A stretch of DNA of 64,000 nucleotides from Ignavibacteriota bacterium (GCA_963727825.1 CAVSHO010000007.1:32001-96000), one strand, 5' to 3'. Shown: positions 54,551 through 63,194, counted from the first letter of the stretch. A program made the numbers and translations. The notes: generated by a model not told the origin, from the sequence alone.

Positions 54551-55800
54551 TTTGAATATCGGTACAATTCTCGCAAACGTAAAGACTTTGAAAGATTCGA
54601 TTTACTATTAAGCACATGTGATGGAAGATTGAAATATAAAGACATTATCGATAAATAATTATGGATGTAATTTATATTTTAATATTAGAGACAAAAATAT
54701 TATTCCAATAAATATTATAATAAGAAATAATATTACGAGGCTTATTTTCCAATATATACTGGGGAAATGTTTATGAATAAATCCGTTTCCAAAGGCGAGG
54801 AAAAACCCAAACCCGAAAGTACTACTAATCACAAAAAAGATAATACCGATCACATTGTACGACCCGACCCACCAATCAATGTTATCGTTAAAAAGGAAGG
54901 CCACGACTGGGGGAGCATTGTTGAATGGGTAATGTTGGCGATTACAGCTATAGTAGCAATATTTGCAATGAAGACCGCTCGATACGCCTCTGACCAAGCA
55001 AGTGCTGCTATTGAGTCCAATAAACTCACTTTAAGAGAAATGAACTATCGGCATATAAAAGATTCTATTGACGATATCGCCCAGCACAAAAAAGAACTTA
55101 CATCCTTTGCCCTTGCAGATTCCTCTTTGAGTTTGACAAGACAAAGTAATGTTCTTGCCCAACAAAATTATATCAACGAAAATAGACCCTTTGTTTTCCA
55201 AGAATGTCCAATTCTGGTGCCCAATCTTGACGTAGAATACGCGTACATACCCATTACCAATCATGGAAATACGCCGGCATACAGAGTTCGGATTTCCATA
55301 TTGTTTATACATCATAGCTATCCCAAAGACGATTCTGCTGGTGCGCCCCTCGATCCACGAACATGGATGACCCCAGATACTAATGAAAGAATCTTTGCTC
55401 CAAATTCTCAGGATACGGAAAAAGTCAAGATGGGCGAATTCTGTTCGGATACCTCTAACCCTCAACGACGGTATGTGATTGGGAAGATATTTTATGTGGA
55501 TTATTGGAAAAGACAACATTTCAATACGTTTGCTTACACATACTACAGCATTAGCCATAGTTTTATTAGGATTCCAAAATATGAAAGCACAGACGATCAG
55601 AAACAAACCAACAAACAATCCCGACACACAAAAACCCGCAATCCAAAGTCTCATAGGACGGAACATGCCTTTCCTTGAGGTTATGAAACGAATTTTACGT
55701 GTTAATCCGCAAGAAATAAAATTTCTTAATTGCTGAAAACCCTCTTCAGCGTTTTTCATCTAAAATTTCCCTGTTATTGGTAATGCGTAGTATATAATCA
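54551..55800 (+). mobile_element. IS1595-family transposon remnant carrying a passenger gene
   Basis: 54551-54658 reads FEYRYNSRKRKDFERFDLLLSTCDGRLKYKDIIDK*, like an IS1595 transposase C-terminus; putative right end TGCGTAGTATATAATCAC near 55784-55801. Confidence 0.6.
54767..55678 (+). CDS. Membrane-anchored hypothetical passenger protein
   Basis: 303-aa ORF with TM and 'ENRPFV...ITNHGNTPAY...G.I.Y.D' pattern. Confidence 0.65.
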   Translation: MFMNKSVSKGEEKPKPESTTNHKKDNTDHIVRPDPPINVIVKKEGHDWGSIVEWVMLAITAIVAIFAMKTARYASDQASAAIESNKLTLREMNYRHIKDSIDDIAQHKKELTSFALADSSLSLTRQSNVLAQQNYINENRPFVFQECPILVPNLDVEYAYIPITNHGNTPAYRVRISILFIHHSYPKDDSAGAPLDPRTWMTPDTNERIFAPNSQDTEKVKMGEFCSDTSNPQRRYVIGKIFYVDYWKRQHFNTFAYTYYSISHSFIRIPKYESTDDQKQTNKQSRHTKTRNPKSHRTEHAFP

Positions 55801-55806
55801 CGTAAA

Positions 55807-55880
55807 TACCGTAGATGCCTACGGTAATCCCTGTATTCCTCAAAATACGGTGAATGAACGATTCGTTTCGATTACCGTAA
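55807..55880. promoter_or_regulatory. Putative NarL/LuxR-type operator repeats
   Basis: TACCGTAG-ATGC-CTACGGTA inverted repeat plus further ATACGG/TTACCGTA half-sites. Confidence 0.45.
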
Positions 55881-55937
55881 AGCTATATTACGCCCGTCAC
55901 AAAAGGACCATACTAATTCTTTTGGTGTGTAAATAGT

Positions 55938-56054
55938 ATGAACAGAATTAAAGTTCTTATCGCAGATGATTACGACAATTTCCGTCGGATCATAATTGCC
56001 TTTTTAAAAACGTAAAAAGATATAGAGGTAGTAGGAGAAGCCATCGAGGGGTAA
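55938..56054 (+). pseudogene. Response regulator receiver remnant
   Basis: MNRIKVLIADDYDNFRRIIIAFLKT*KDIEVVGEAIEG* with an internal stop. Confidence 0.65.
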
Positions 56055-56105
56055 GTCAATTTCAGCTATGTCAGAATTAGAGATCAGAAGTGAAAATATA
56101 AAAGA

Positions 56106-56765
56106 GTGGTCACTGTGAAAAGTGATAGACAGACGTATAAAGCAAATAGCCCGCCTATCCCGATGTATGGGATTCCGAAAATCGGAACCTGCAAGCAAGA
56201 TGTTGGATTGGCTAAAAGGGCAAAAGAGCCGATAGGTAGCGATCCTCCCAAAAATCACTCTGCTCGATTGATCGAGTATAATAAATGGATGTGGCATGAG
56301 GAGAAGAGATACTCCCGGCTCTTGACAGAACTGAAGAAAGCTAGTTGGTTCGCCCGCCATGTGCAGCATCACTGCATCCCGTACAGCGGGAATTCAACTT
56401 ATGATGGGTTTATTCAGTCAGATTCGCCTAAAGGCAATCCATCAAGCGGCTTTGCTGAATTTGACGTTGGCGAATTTATTCACCGTATTTTTGATAAACC
56501 GCCAAATGTAAAATGCGATGTCGGCCTAATGCTGGACAAACTTGTGTCATCCGAATTGGAAACAACGAGGTTGACGCAAGATGAAATTCGTAATGGATGT
56601 TGGCTCACGATGGAACAAGAGCTTTTGCAGCATAATAAGCCGCATTTGTTGGATAGCGACAGGTGCTTGGAAAGAACTATTACTCAGCAGTCGATAGCGT
56701 TCCAATATACTGTGTCAGTACCGAAGAATGCATATTTCTCGCAGTACAATGAAAGATGCAATTGA
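56106..56765 (+). CDS. Hypothetical ORF (possibly decayed sequence)
   Basis: 219-aa ORF with no motif I recognise. Confidence 0.3.
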   Translation: MVTVKSDRQTYKANSPPIPMYGIPKIGTCKQDVGLAKRAKEPIGSDPPKNHSARLIEYNKWMWHEEKRYSRLLTELKKASWFARHVQHHCIPYSGNSTYDGFIQSDSPKGNPSSGFAEFDVGEFIHRIFDKPPNVKCDVGLMLDKLVSSELETTRLTQDEIRNGCWLTMEQELLQHNKPHLLDSDRCLERTITQQSIAFQYTVSVPKNAYFSQYNERCN

Positions 56766-57683
56766 AACTATGCACAGCAATTTGTCTAAATCGTTAAATG
56801 AAAATAGACTTTGGCTTGAAGTCGGTGAAGCATATCAAAATTTTTCAGAATATGATTCCACTGCAGCGACAAACTCAGCCGGACCAACAGCGAGCCGAAG
56901 GATTGGAAATTTGTCTCCCGGACCTCATTGGCATCTGTCTGTTTTGCCAATTCCCTGGAATTCTGTTATGATCGAATCAGTTAGACTCATTTCGCAGCGC
57001 TGGAGAGGAGTTTGCTCTTTCTCTCAAACCATGCGCACTAACCAGAGTGCAGAGAAATACCAAAATGTGTATCCTCTTTGCACTAAAAAACGAAATCGGC
57101 CTGGAGATTGACATGCTCAGATCAAACTCAAACCAAACCTGAGCACACCGCAACGGCAATGGGTAATGTAATCGCGCTGTTATTATGGCTGGTGCTCTTG
57201 GGTTTTTCTGCGTACTTCTTATTAACCCAAATTATGCATTAGCTTGTAGAGTCCCCGCCTGCGTCGGGCAGGCGATCACCAGATCAGACAATGATGTTAA
57301 CATTGTTTCATCCAGTCGGTGACTGGATTCTACACCAAATCGGTTATCATTCACCTTTCCCATATTCTATCATTTCAATAACATATGCCCCTCTTTTATT
57401 TCTAATGAATGGTTTGGGATTAATCAAAAACAATATAGTTTTTGCGAGTCGCGTCCCGCATAAGCGGAGCGAGATTTTGTTCGTCTAATCTTATTTGTAC
57501 AATAAATCTAACCCTATGCTTGAGATTTGATTTTTAAGTCAAGTCTGAAATACCAATAAAATATTCTCGGCACATCACTACACCGGATTAATAGTATTCC
57601 GTATAGTACCTCTTGAAGTCCAATCATATTATCTCTATTTTGTTTCAAACATTATTGTTTTTCATTTTCTTGGATATCAACAA

Positions 57684-59519
57684 ATGAAATCTTTCAAGGA
57701 ACGGCTTCAAAACGAAATCATTGTATTTGACGGCGGAACGGGAACCTATCTGTATGATAAAGGCGTCTTCATCAATCGATGTTTTGAAGAACTAATTATT
57801 ACTAATCCAGAATTGGTGACAGAAGTACATCGAGATTATATCAACGCCGGCGCAGACGTAATTGAAACGAATACTTTTGGTGCAAACAGATTTCGGCTTG
57901 CGGCACATGGGCTTGAATTAAAAGTGTATGAGCTCAATTATCAAGGCGCTCAATTAGCAAAAATGGCTGCGAAAGATAATGCGCTTGTAGCCGGAGCAAT
58001 TGGTCCGCTTGGCATCCAAATCGAGCCATTTGGGAAAATATCATACGATGAAGCGAAAAATGCTTTTACAGAACAGGCTAAGGGTTTGCTCGATGGCGGA
58101 GTCGATGTTATTGTTTTCGAAACATTTAGTATGATAGAAGAAATTGTGCAAGGTGTACGTGCCGTACGCGAACTGAACATAGACATTCCTATTATCGCAC
58201 AGGTTACAATCAATAATGACGGCGGATTGCTCTCAGGCGAGACACTGGAAAGATTTGTTGAGACAATTTCTAAATATCAGGTTGATGCGATTGGAATGAA
58301 TTGCTCTGAAGGTCCAAAACTTATGTTAGAATCGCTTGAACGTCTGCGGGAATTAACAACGCTTCCACTTTCTGTTCAGCCAAATGCAGGCCTTCCTCAG
58401 AACATTGGTGGTAGAAATCTTTATATGACCTCACCAGAATATATGGCAGAATATGCAAAGCGATTTATACAAACTGGTGCATCCATTATTGGAGGATGCT
58501 GTGGAACCAATCCGTCGCACATTAAAGCAATCCGCCGTGCCGTGCAAGCTTTGCAGCCAGCAAAGAGAATGGATGTAAAAAGCGAATCGCTCGTAATAGA
58601 AAAGCCAGCAGAAGTTAATGTTTGTCCAGGAGAGGAAAAGTCACGCCTGTCCAAGATGCTTGTACAGGGAAAATTCGTGAAATTAGTTGAGCTTGTTTCG
58701 CCTAAAGGAATCTCTTTAGATAAAGAAGTTGCTAAAGCACTGACATTATTTGAGCATGGTATTGATGCTATTAATATTCCAGATGGACCTCGCGCATCAG
58801 CACGGATGTCGGCTTTGGCGATGGCGGTGCGGATTCATAACGAAGTTGGCATTGAACCGGTACTTCATATCGCCTGCCGCGATCGCAATATTATTGGAAT
58901 GCAATCGGATTTATTAGGTGCATGGGCACTTGGTATTCGTAATGTTCTTGCGATCACCGGTGATCCGCCAAAACTTGGAAATTATCCAGATGCAACCGCC
59001 GTATTTGATGTCGATTCTATAGGATTGACAAATCTCATTAACCGGCTTAATCATGGATTAGATTTTGTTAATAATCCCATCGGTCAACCAACTGGGTTTT
59101 CAATAGCCGTTGGCGTAAATCCGGGTGCTATTAATCTTGATGAAGAGTTGCGCCGTCTTGATTGGAAAATCCAAGCTGGTGCTGAATATATGATAACTCA
59201 GCCGGTCTTTGATTTACGTATTCTCGAAAAATTTCTAAAAAGAATAGAACATATCAAGTTACCGGTTCTCTGCGGCATATGGCCTTTGGTCTCGTATCGA
59301 AATGCAGAATTTATGAACAATGAAGTACCGGGTGCCTCTGTGCCTGCTGAGATTCTAGACCGCATGCGCAAAGCAAAATCAAAGGAAGAAGCATTTTATG
59401 AGGGAATTAAAATTGCAAAAGAGACGTATCAACAAGTGCGCTCCGAAGTGAACGGAGCCCAATTTGCCGCGCCACTCGGTAGAATTGATGCTGTTATAAT
59501 GATGCTTGAAGATTCATAA
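57684..59519 (+). CDS. yitJ: Bifunctional homocysteine S-methyltransferase / methylenetetrahydrofolate reductase
   Basis: FDGGTGT, ETNTFGAN, GGCCGT; MTHFR half with CRDRN, ITGDPP, TQPVFD. Confidence 0.93.
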   Translation: MKSFKERLQNEIIVFDGGTGTYLYDKGVFINRCFEELIITNPELVTEVHRDYINAGADVIETNTFGANRFRLAAHGLELKVYELNYQGAQLAKMAAKDNALVAGAIGPLGIQIEPFGKISYDEAKNAFTEQAKGLLDGGVDVIVFETFSMIEEIVQGVRAVRELNIDIPIIAQVTINNDGGLLSGETLERFVETISKYQVDAIGMNCSEGPKLMLESLERLRELTTLPLSVQPNAGLPQNIGGRNLYMTSPEYMAEYAKRFIQTGASIIGGCCGTNPSHIKAIRRAVQALQPAKRMDVKSESLVIEKPAEVNVCPGEEKSRLSKMLVQGKFVKLVELVSPKGISLDKEVAKALTLFEHGIDAINIPDGPRASARMSALAMAVRIHNEVGIEPVLHIACRDRNIIGMQSDLLGAWALGIRNVLAITGDPPKLGNYPDATAVFDVDSIGLTNLINRLNHGLDFVNNPIGQPTGFSIAVGVNPGAINLDEELRRLDWKIQAGAEYMITQPVFDLRILEKFLKRIEHIKLPVLCGIWPLVSYRNAEFMNNEVPGASVPAEILDRMRKAKSKEEAFYEGIKIAKETYQQVRSEVNGAQFAAPLGRIDAVIMMLEDS

Positions 59520-59740
59520 AAATAAATGGAGTATTAATTTTAAAGTATTAGTGTGAAAGAAATTTATATGTCTTCAATATTTCCCAAAATTCAGCATGAA
59601 ACCGGTTGATACTTCGCTGTGAAGGATTCCCAAATGCACCACTACCCAAATTGCGGGTGAATTGATTATTTGTTATCATTCAATAACTAAAAAAATACAC
59701 GAGAATTAATATTTTTATTTCTAATAAAAGGAAAATCAAT

Positions 59741-61558
59741 ACGTCTTATAAAAGTCTTTATAGCGCCTTAGTTACTCTCGTTATTACGTTATTTGCATGC
59801 GCTTATGGCGATAATAATATTCTAACTAATCCAGGATTTGAAAGAGGAAAGAACGGCTGGTTCGATCGGACTTGTGCAATTGAACCTGTATCATCACCGG
59901 TTCACAGTGGTACTGGTGCTATGAAGGTCGTTAATAGACTAATGAATTGGCAGGGAATAAAACAATCGGTGTTCGGTAAATTGGTACAAGGGAAAATCTA
60001 TAAAGTTTCGGGGTGGGTAAGACTCGACAATGCAAAAAGCGATACGGTCGCTATATCTTTCGAACAGCAAGATGACAGCGGTACAAAGTATATTGGTGTA
60101 GCGCGGGCTGCCGCTTCGGATACTAACTGGACTTTGTTATCCGGCGAATTTACTTTAAAAGTTACAGGAACATTAGCAGTACTGGATGTGTACTTTGAAG
60201 GCCCTGTGTCAGGTGTTAACTTTTATGTTGATGATGCGAGTGTATTCGGTCCCGAGGTTGATGCTCCGAAGGTAATACCTGCTGATCCCAACGGAAAAGG
60301 TATAATAGATGTCAACACACGATATCAAAAAATTGAAGGCTTCGGTGCTTCAGGAGCTTGGCATACAAAAGAATTAGTAAATCATAAGAAGAAGGACGAG
60401 CTGTATAATTTGCTCTTCAAAGAACTTGGCCTCGATATATTCCGTATAGGCAATTATTACGATATAGATTCAGTTTCCTTCAATGAGACGATGGAAATAG
60501 CCAGATGCGGTGAATCCGCTCTAAAGAGAAATTTAAAGATTATGATATCATCGTGGTCGCCTCCGCCTTACATGAAAAGCAACGGAAAAATAATCGGTGG
60601 AACTCTGAAAAAGAAAAACAGAAAATTTGTCTATGATGAATTTGCGGAATGGTGGACTAAAAGCGTAATTGCCTGTACAAAAGCGGGTGTAAAGATAGAT
60701 TATATAAATATACAGAATGAGACTGACTATGAAGCTCCATGGAATTCATGTGTTTTTTCTCCTTCAGAAAATGTTGATACAAACATTGCCGCCTATAACA
60801 AAGCTTTCGAAGCAGTCTGGCAAAAAATGAACGCTTCAATGGGTTCGAACATGCCGAAAATGCTTGCTCCGGAAACATCCAGTTTAGGCAATGCTAAAAA
60901 GTACATAGAATGTTTAAGCAACCCATCCCATATCTATGCTTATGCTACACATCTCTACGATTGCAGTGGATGCGGTTCCGCTCCCGACAGGTTTATTCCA
61001 AGTATGGGCAGCTTCAATAATTTTGTCGTGCAGCATATCAACAAGCCGATATTTCAGACAGAGTTCGAAGACGGACCCAGCCTATGGACAAATGCAATCA
61101 GCGCAGCATTAGTGATACATAATGCTTTGACCGTGGAAAAAGTATCCGCTTATTTATACTGGGATTTATTCTGGGGTCCGGGAACAGCTCTGGTCAGCAT
61201 GAACGATTCAACCTCATATACCATTAAACCGGCATATTATACTTTCAAGCAATATTCAGCGTTTATAGATGCTGATTGGCAGCGCGTGGAAGCATCGACC
61301 GACAACACCGGTCTGAGGATTTCTGCATACATCAGTCCGGACAATAAAAAACTGACAGCAGTTATTATAAATACTACTGATAGCACGAATATTTCTTTTA
61401 ATCTATCTGTCAATAATTTCATTATTTCCAAAGGTGAAATTTACAGATCGAGCCAGAATGAAAACTGCGCCCTGATCGGTAGTTATAACAGGAAAACTCC
61501 GTTGGAAATACCTGCAAATTCCGTTACTACCTTATCGTTAACTTACAATAAGAAGTAG
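59741..61558 (+). CDS. Secreted CBM4/22 plus GH30 (xylanase-like) glycoside hydrolase
   Basis: Frame is open upstream of 59921 (signal peptide, 'NILTNPGFE'); CBM 'FYVDD'; GH30 motifs QKIEGFGASG, SSWSPP, IQNE, QTEF, AYLYW. Confidence 0.8.
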   Translation, partial: TSYKSLYSALVTLVITLFACAYGDNNILTNPGFERGKNGWFDRTCAIEPVSSPVHSGTGAMKVVNRLMNWQGIKQSVFGKLVQGKIYKVSGWVRLDNAKSDTVAISFEQQDDSGTKYIGVARAAASDTNWTLLSGEFTLKVTGTLAVLDVYFEGPVSGVNFYVDDASVFGPEVDAPKVIPADPNGKGIIDVNTRYQKIEGFGASGAWHTKELVNHKKKDELYNLLFKELGLDIFRIGNYYDIDSVSFNETMEIARCGESALKRNLKIMISSWSPPPYMKSNGKIIGGTLKKKNRKFVYDEFAEWWTKSVIACTKAGVKIDYINIQNETDYEAPWNSCVFSPSENVDTNIAAYNKAFEAVWQKMNASMGSNMPKMLAPETSSLGNAKKYIECLSNPSHIYAYATHLYDCSGCGSAPDRFIPSMGSFNNFVVQHINKPIFQTEFEDGPSLWTNAISAALVIHNALTVEKVSAYLYWDLFWGPGTALVSMNDSTSYTIKPAYYTFKQYSAFIDADWQRVEASTDNTGLRISAYISPDNKKLTAVIINTTDSTNISFNLSVNNFIISKGEIYRSSQNENCALIGSYNRKTPLEIPANSVTTLSLTYNKK

Positions 61559-61854
61559 ATAGTTAGTTAATGACCGTGAATAAAGTTCAGCAAAAGCAGT
61601 GATTACTTGCCATAACTTTACCGTTGCGATGCGAGACATTCATTCGTATATTTTAATATATGTCGTAAAAAAATATTACCTCGTAGAAGTTGGCGTTGAA
61701 AGTTCTCAGTATTAGAAGTTTTGTCTCTCTCGGCGATTTTATTCTGGTCGATATGAAAAGCTGTTCAATAAGGTGATCAGTGAAGTAATCAGTAAACACT
61801 AATCACTTGTGACACGATAGAAAAATAAGTGGCAAAAATAAAAGTATTTAACCT

Positions 61855-61970
61855 GGAGAGCTGGCAGAACGGTCCGTCGTCATCGCTGTGCGATGACGGA
61901 CGAGATCTCGTTCCGCTAAAAGCGGAACGGACTATTGCATCCCGACATAAAGTCGGGACGGACGTAAGCC
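61855..61970 (+). pseudogene. Interrupted partial copy of tRNA-Ser(TGA)
   Basis: GGAGAGCTGGCAGAACGG [59-nt insert] CTATTGCA [hairpin] CGTAAGCC are colinear pieces of the intact tRNA at 61996. Confidence 0.85.
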
Positions 61971-61995
61971 AATAAGTTGGAAAGAAATAGTATTT

Positions 61996-62078
61996 GGAGA
62001 GCTGGCAGAACGGCTATTGCACCAGTCTTGAAAACTGGCGGGCGTAAGCCCTTGGGGGTTCGAATCCCTCGCTCTCCG
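61996..62078 (+). tRNA. tRNA-Ser(TGA)
   Basis: GGAGAGC...GCTCTCC-G; CCAGT-CTTGAAA-ACTGG anticodon arm; long variable arm. Confidence 0.95.
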
Positions 62079-62144
62079 CAATTATAATTATCAAATTGCT
62101 TTTCGGGGTTCTTTTTACTTAATTAAATCAAACAAATTCAGCTC

Positions 62145-62227
62145 GGAGAGATGGCCGAGTGGTCCGTTCCGATCTGTGATCGGAACGAGATCTCGTCCCG
62201 ACAAAGTCGGGACGGACTGAAGGCGCA
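62145..62227 (+). pseudogene. Interrupted 5' fragment of tRNA-Ser(GCT)
   Basis: AATTCAGCTC-GGAGAGATGGCCGAGTGG [54-nt insert] CTGAAGGCGCA; same leader as the intact copy. Confidence 0.85.
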
Positions 62228-62230
62228 AAG

Positions 62231-62470
62231 ATGAAAGTTTTTGTTTATATCTTGTTCTCTGAAAAGTTTGGAAAGACTTATGTTGGTCAGACTTCTGATA
62301 TTCAGAAAAGAATTACCATGCATAATGCTGGGCGAGTTAAGTCTACAAAAAGATATGCTCCTTGGAAGTTAATTCATTCAGAAGAATTTGATTCAAGGGG
62401 TGAAGCTATGGCAAAGGAAGAATGGTATAAATCTTCTTCTGGAAGGAAAAGTATACAAAAGTTTATTTAA
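62231..62470 (+). CDS. Small GIY-YIG nuclease (UPF0213/SLX1-like) no. 1
   Basis: FVYIL...TYVGQTSDIQKR...HNAG..KSTK.Y.PW...EAMAKE...KS..GR. Confidence 0.93.
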   Translation: MKVFVYILFSEKFGKTYVGQTSDIQKRITMHNAGRVKSTKRYAPWKLIHSEEFDSRGEAMAKEEWYKSSSGRKSIQKFI

Positions 62471-62502
62471 TTAATTTTTGAAATTGTAACATAATTCAGC
62501 TC

Positions 62503-62591
62503 GGAGAGATGGCCGAGTGGCTGAAGGCACAGGTTTGCTAAACCTGCATAGTGGGTAACTGCTATCGAGGGTTCGAATCCCTCTCTCTCCG
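62503..62591 (+). tRNA. tRNA-Ser(GCT)
   Basis: GGAGAGA...TCTCTCC-G; CAGGT-TTGCTAA-ACCTG anticodon arm; long variable arm. Confidence 0.95.
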
Positions 62592-62599
62592 CTTGTGAG

Positions 62600-62923
62600 A
62601 TGAGTTATTTCGTTTATCTGCTTTGGTCGATTCGATCAAAACGCACATATGTCGGACAAACGGATGATATCGATAATCGCCTAAAACGACATAATGCAGG
62701 ATATATTCGATCCACTAAAGCATATCGTCCTTGGGTATTGGTCCATATAGAATTGTATTCAACTCGTTCAGAAGCGATGAAGAGAGAAATATGGTTGAAG
62801 AGCCCGACAGGTAGGAAATCGATAGTTAAGATTATTGGAAAATGGCAAGAGAAAGGTTTGTCCGTTCCGTTGTCAGAGACAACGGAACGAGATCGCGATC
62901 CCGCAGGAGCGGGATCGGACTAA
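62600..62923 (+). CDS. Small GIY-YIG nuclease no. 2
   Basis: YFVYLL...TYVGQTDDIDNRLKRHNAG..RSTKAYRPW...EAMKRE..LKS..GR. Confidence 0.93.
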   Translation: MSYFVYLLWSIRSKRTYVGQTDDIDNRLKRHNAGYIRSTKAYRPWVLVHIELYSTRSEAMKREIWLKSPTGRKSIVKIIGKWQEKGLSVPLSETTERDRDPAGAGSD

Positions 62924-62973
62924 ACCTGCATAGTGGGTAACTGCTATCGAGGGTTCGAATCCCTCTCTCTCCG
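62854..62973 (+). pseudogene. 3' part of tRNA-Ser(GCT) interrupted in the anticodon
   Basis: AGGTTTG [59-nt insert] CTAAACCTGCATAG...CTCTCTCCG, identical to the intact tRNA. Confidence 0.85.
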
Positions 62974-62981
62974 CTGGTAAG

Positions 62982-63059
62982 ATGAGTTATTTTGTATATC
63001 TGCTAAGGTCGATACGATCAAAGCAAACATATGTTGGACTAAACCTGCATAGTGGGTAA
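62982..63059 (+). pseudogene. Truncated third GIY-YIG gene fused to a tRNA 3' fragment
   Basis: MSYFVYLLRSIRSKQTYVG, then runs into CTAAACCTG...TAA. Confidence 0.8.
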
Positions 63060-63102
63060 CTGCTATCGAGGGTTCTCCCGGCAAGTCGGGACTCTCTCTC
63101 TG
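63039..63102 (+). pseudogene. Third 3' tRNA-Ser(GCT) fragment, T-loop replaced by a hairpin
   Basis: CTAAACCTG...GAGGGTTC [TCCCGGCAAGTCGGGA] CTCTCTCTCTG. Confidence 0.8.
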
Positions 63103-63163
63103 CAAAACTTTATTCCATGAAAATATGGAATATAGTTTTACTGGCAAGTCCTGAAAGATGGAT

Positions 63164-63194
63164 AAGCGTCTCATATCTTCGGGACGCTTTTTTT
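63164..63194 (+). terminator. Rho-independent terminator after the tRNA/GIY-YIG array
   Basis: AAGCGTCTC-loop-GGGACGCTT followed by T-run. Confidence 0.6.

Noticed and set aside
55031-55759. 242-aa minus-strand ORF, and similar antisense ORFs throughout the track
   Set aside because: Shadow ORFs opposite better-supported genes, with no recognisable motifs.
56728-57488. Short ORFs of 127, 60 and 65 aa
   Set aside because: No motifs or RBS support; the region looks like decayed sequence.
61855-62973. tRNA introns or group I intron with homing endonuclease
   Set aside because: The inserts are only 54-59 nt with no group I core. The interrupted copies are incomplete, so splicing would not yield a full tRNA, and the GIY-YIG genes lie outside the inserts.
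61855-63102. CRISPR array or prophage att sites
   Set aside because: Repeats are tRNA fragments with irregular spacing; no cas, integrase or phage genes nearby.
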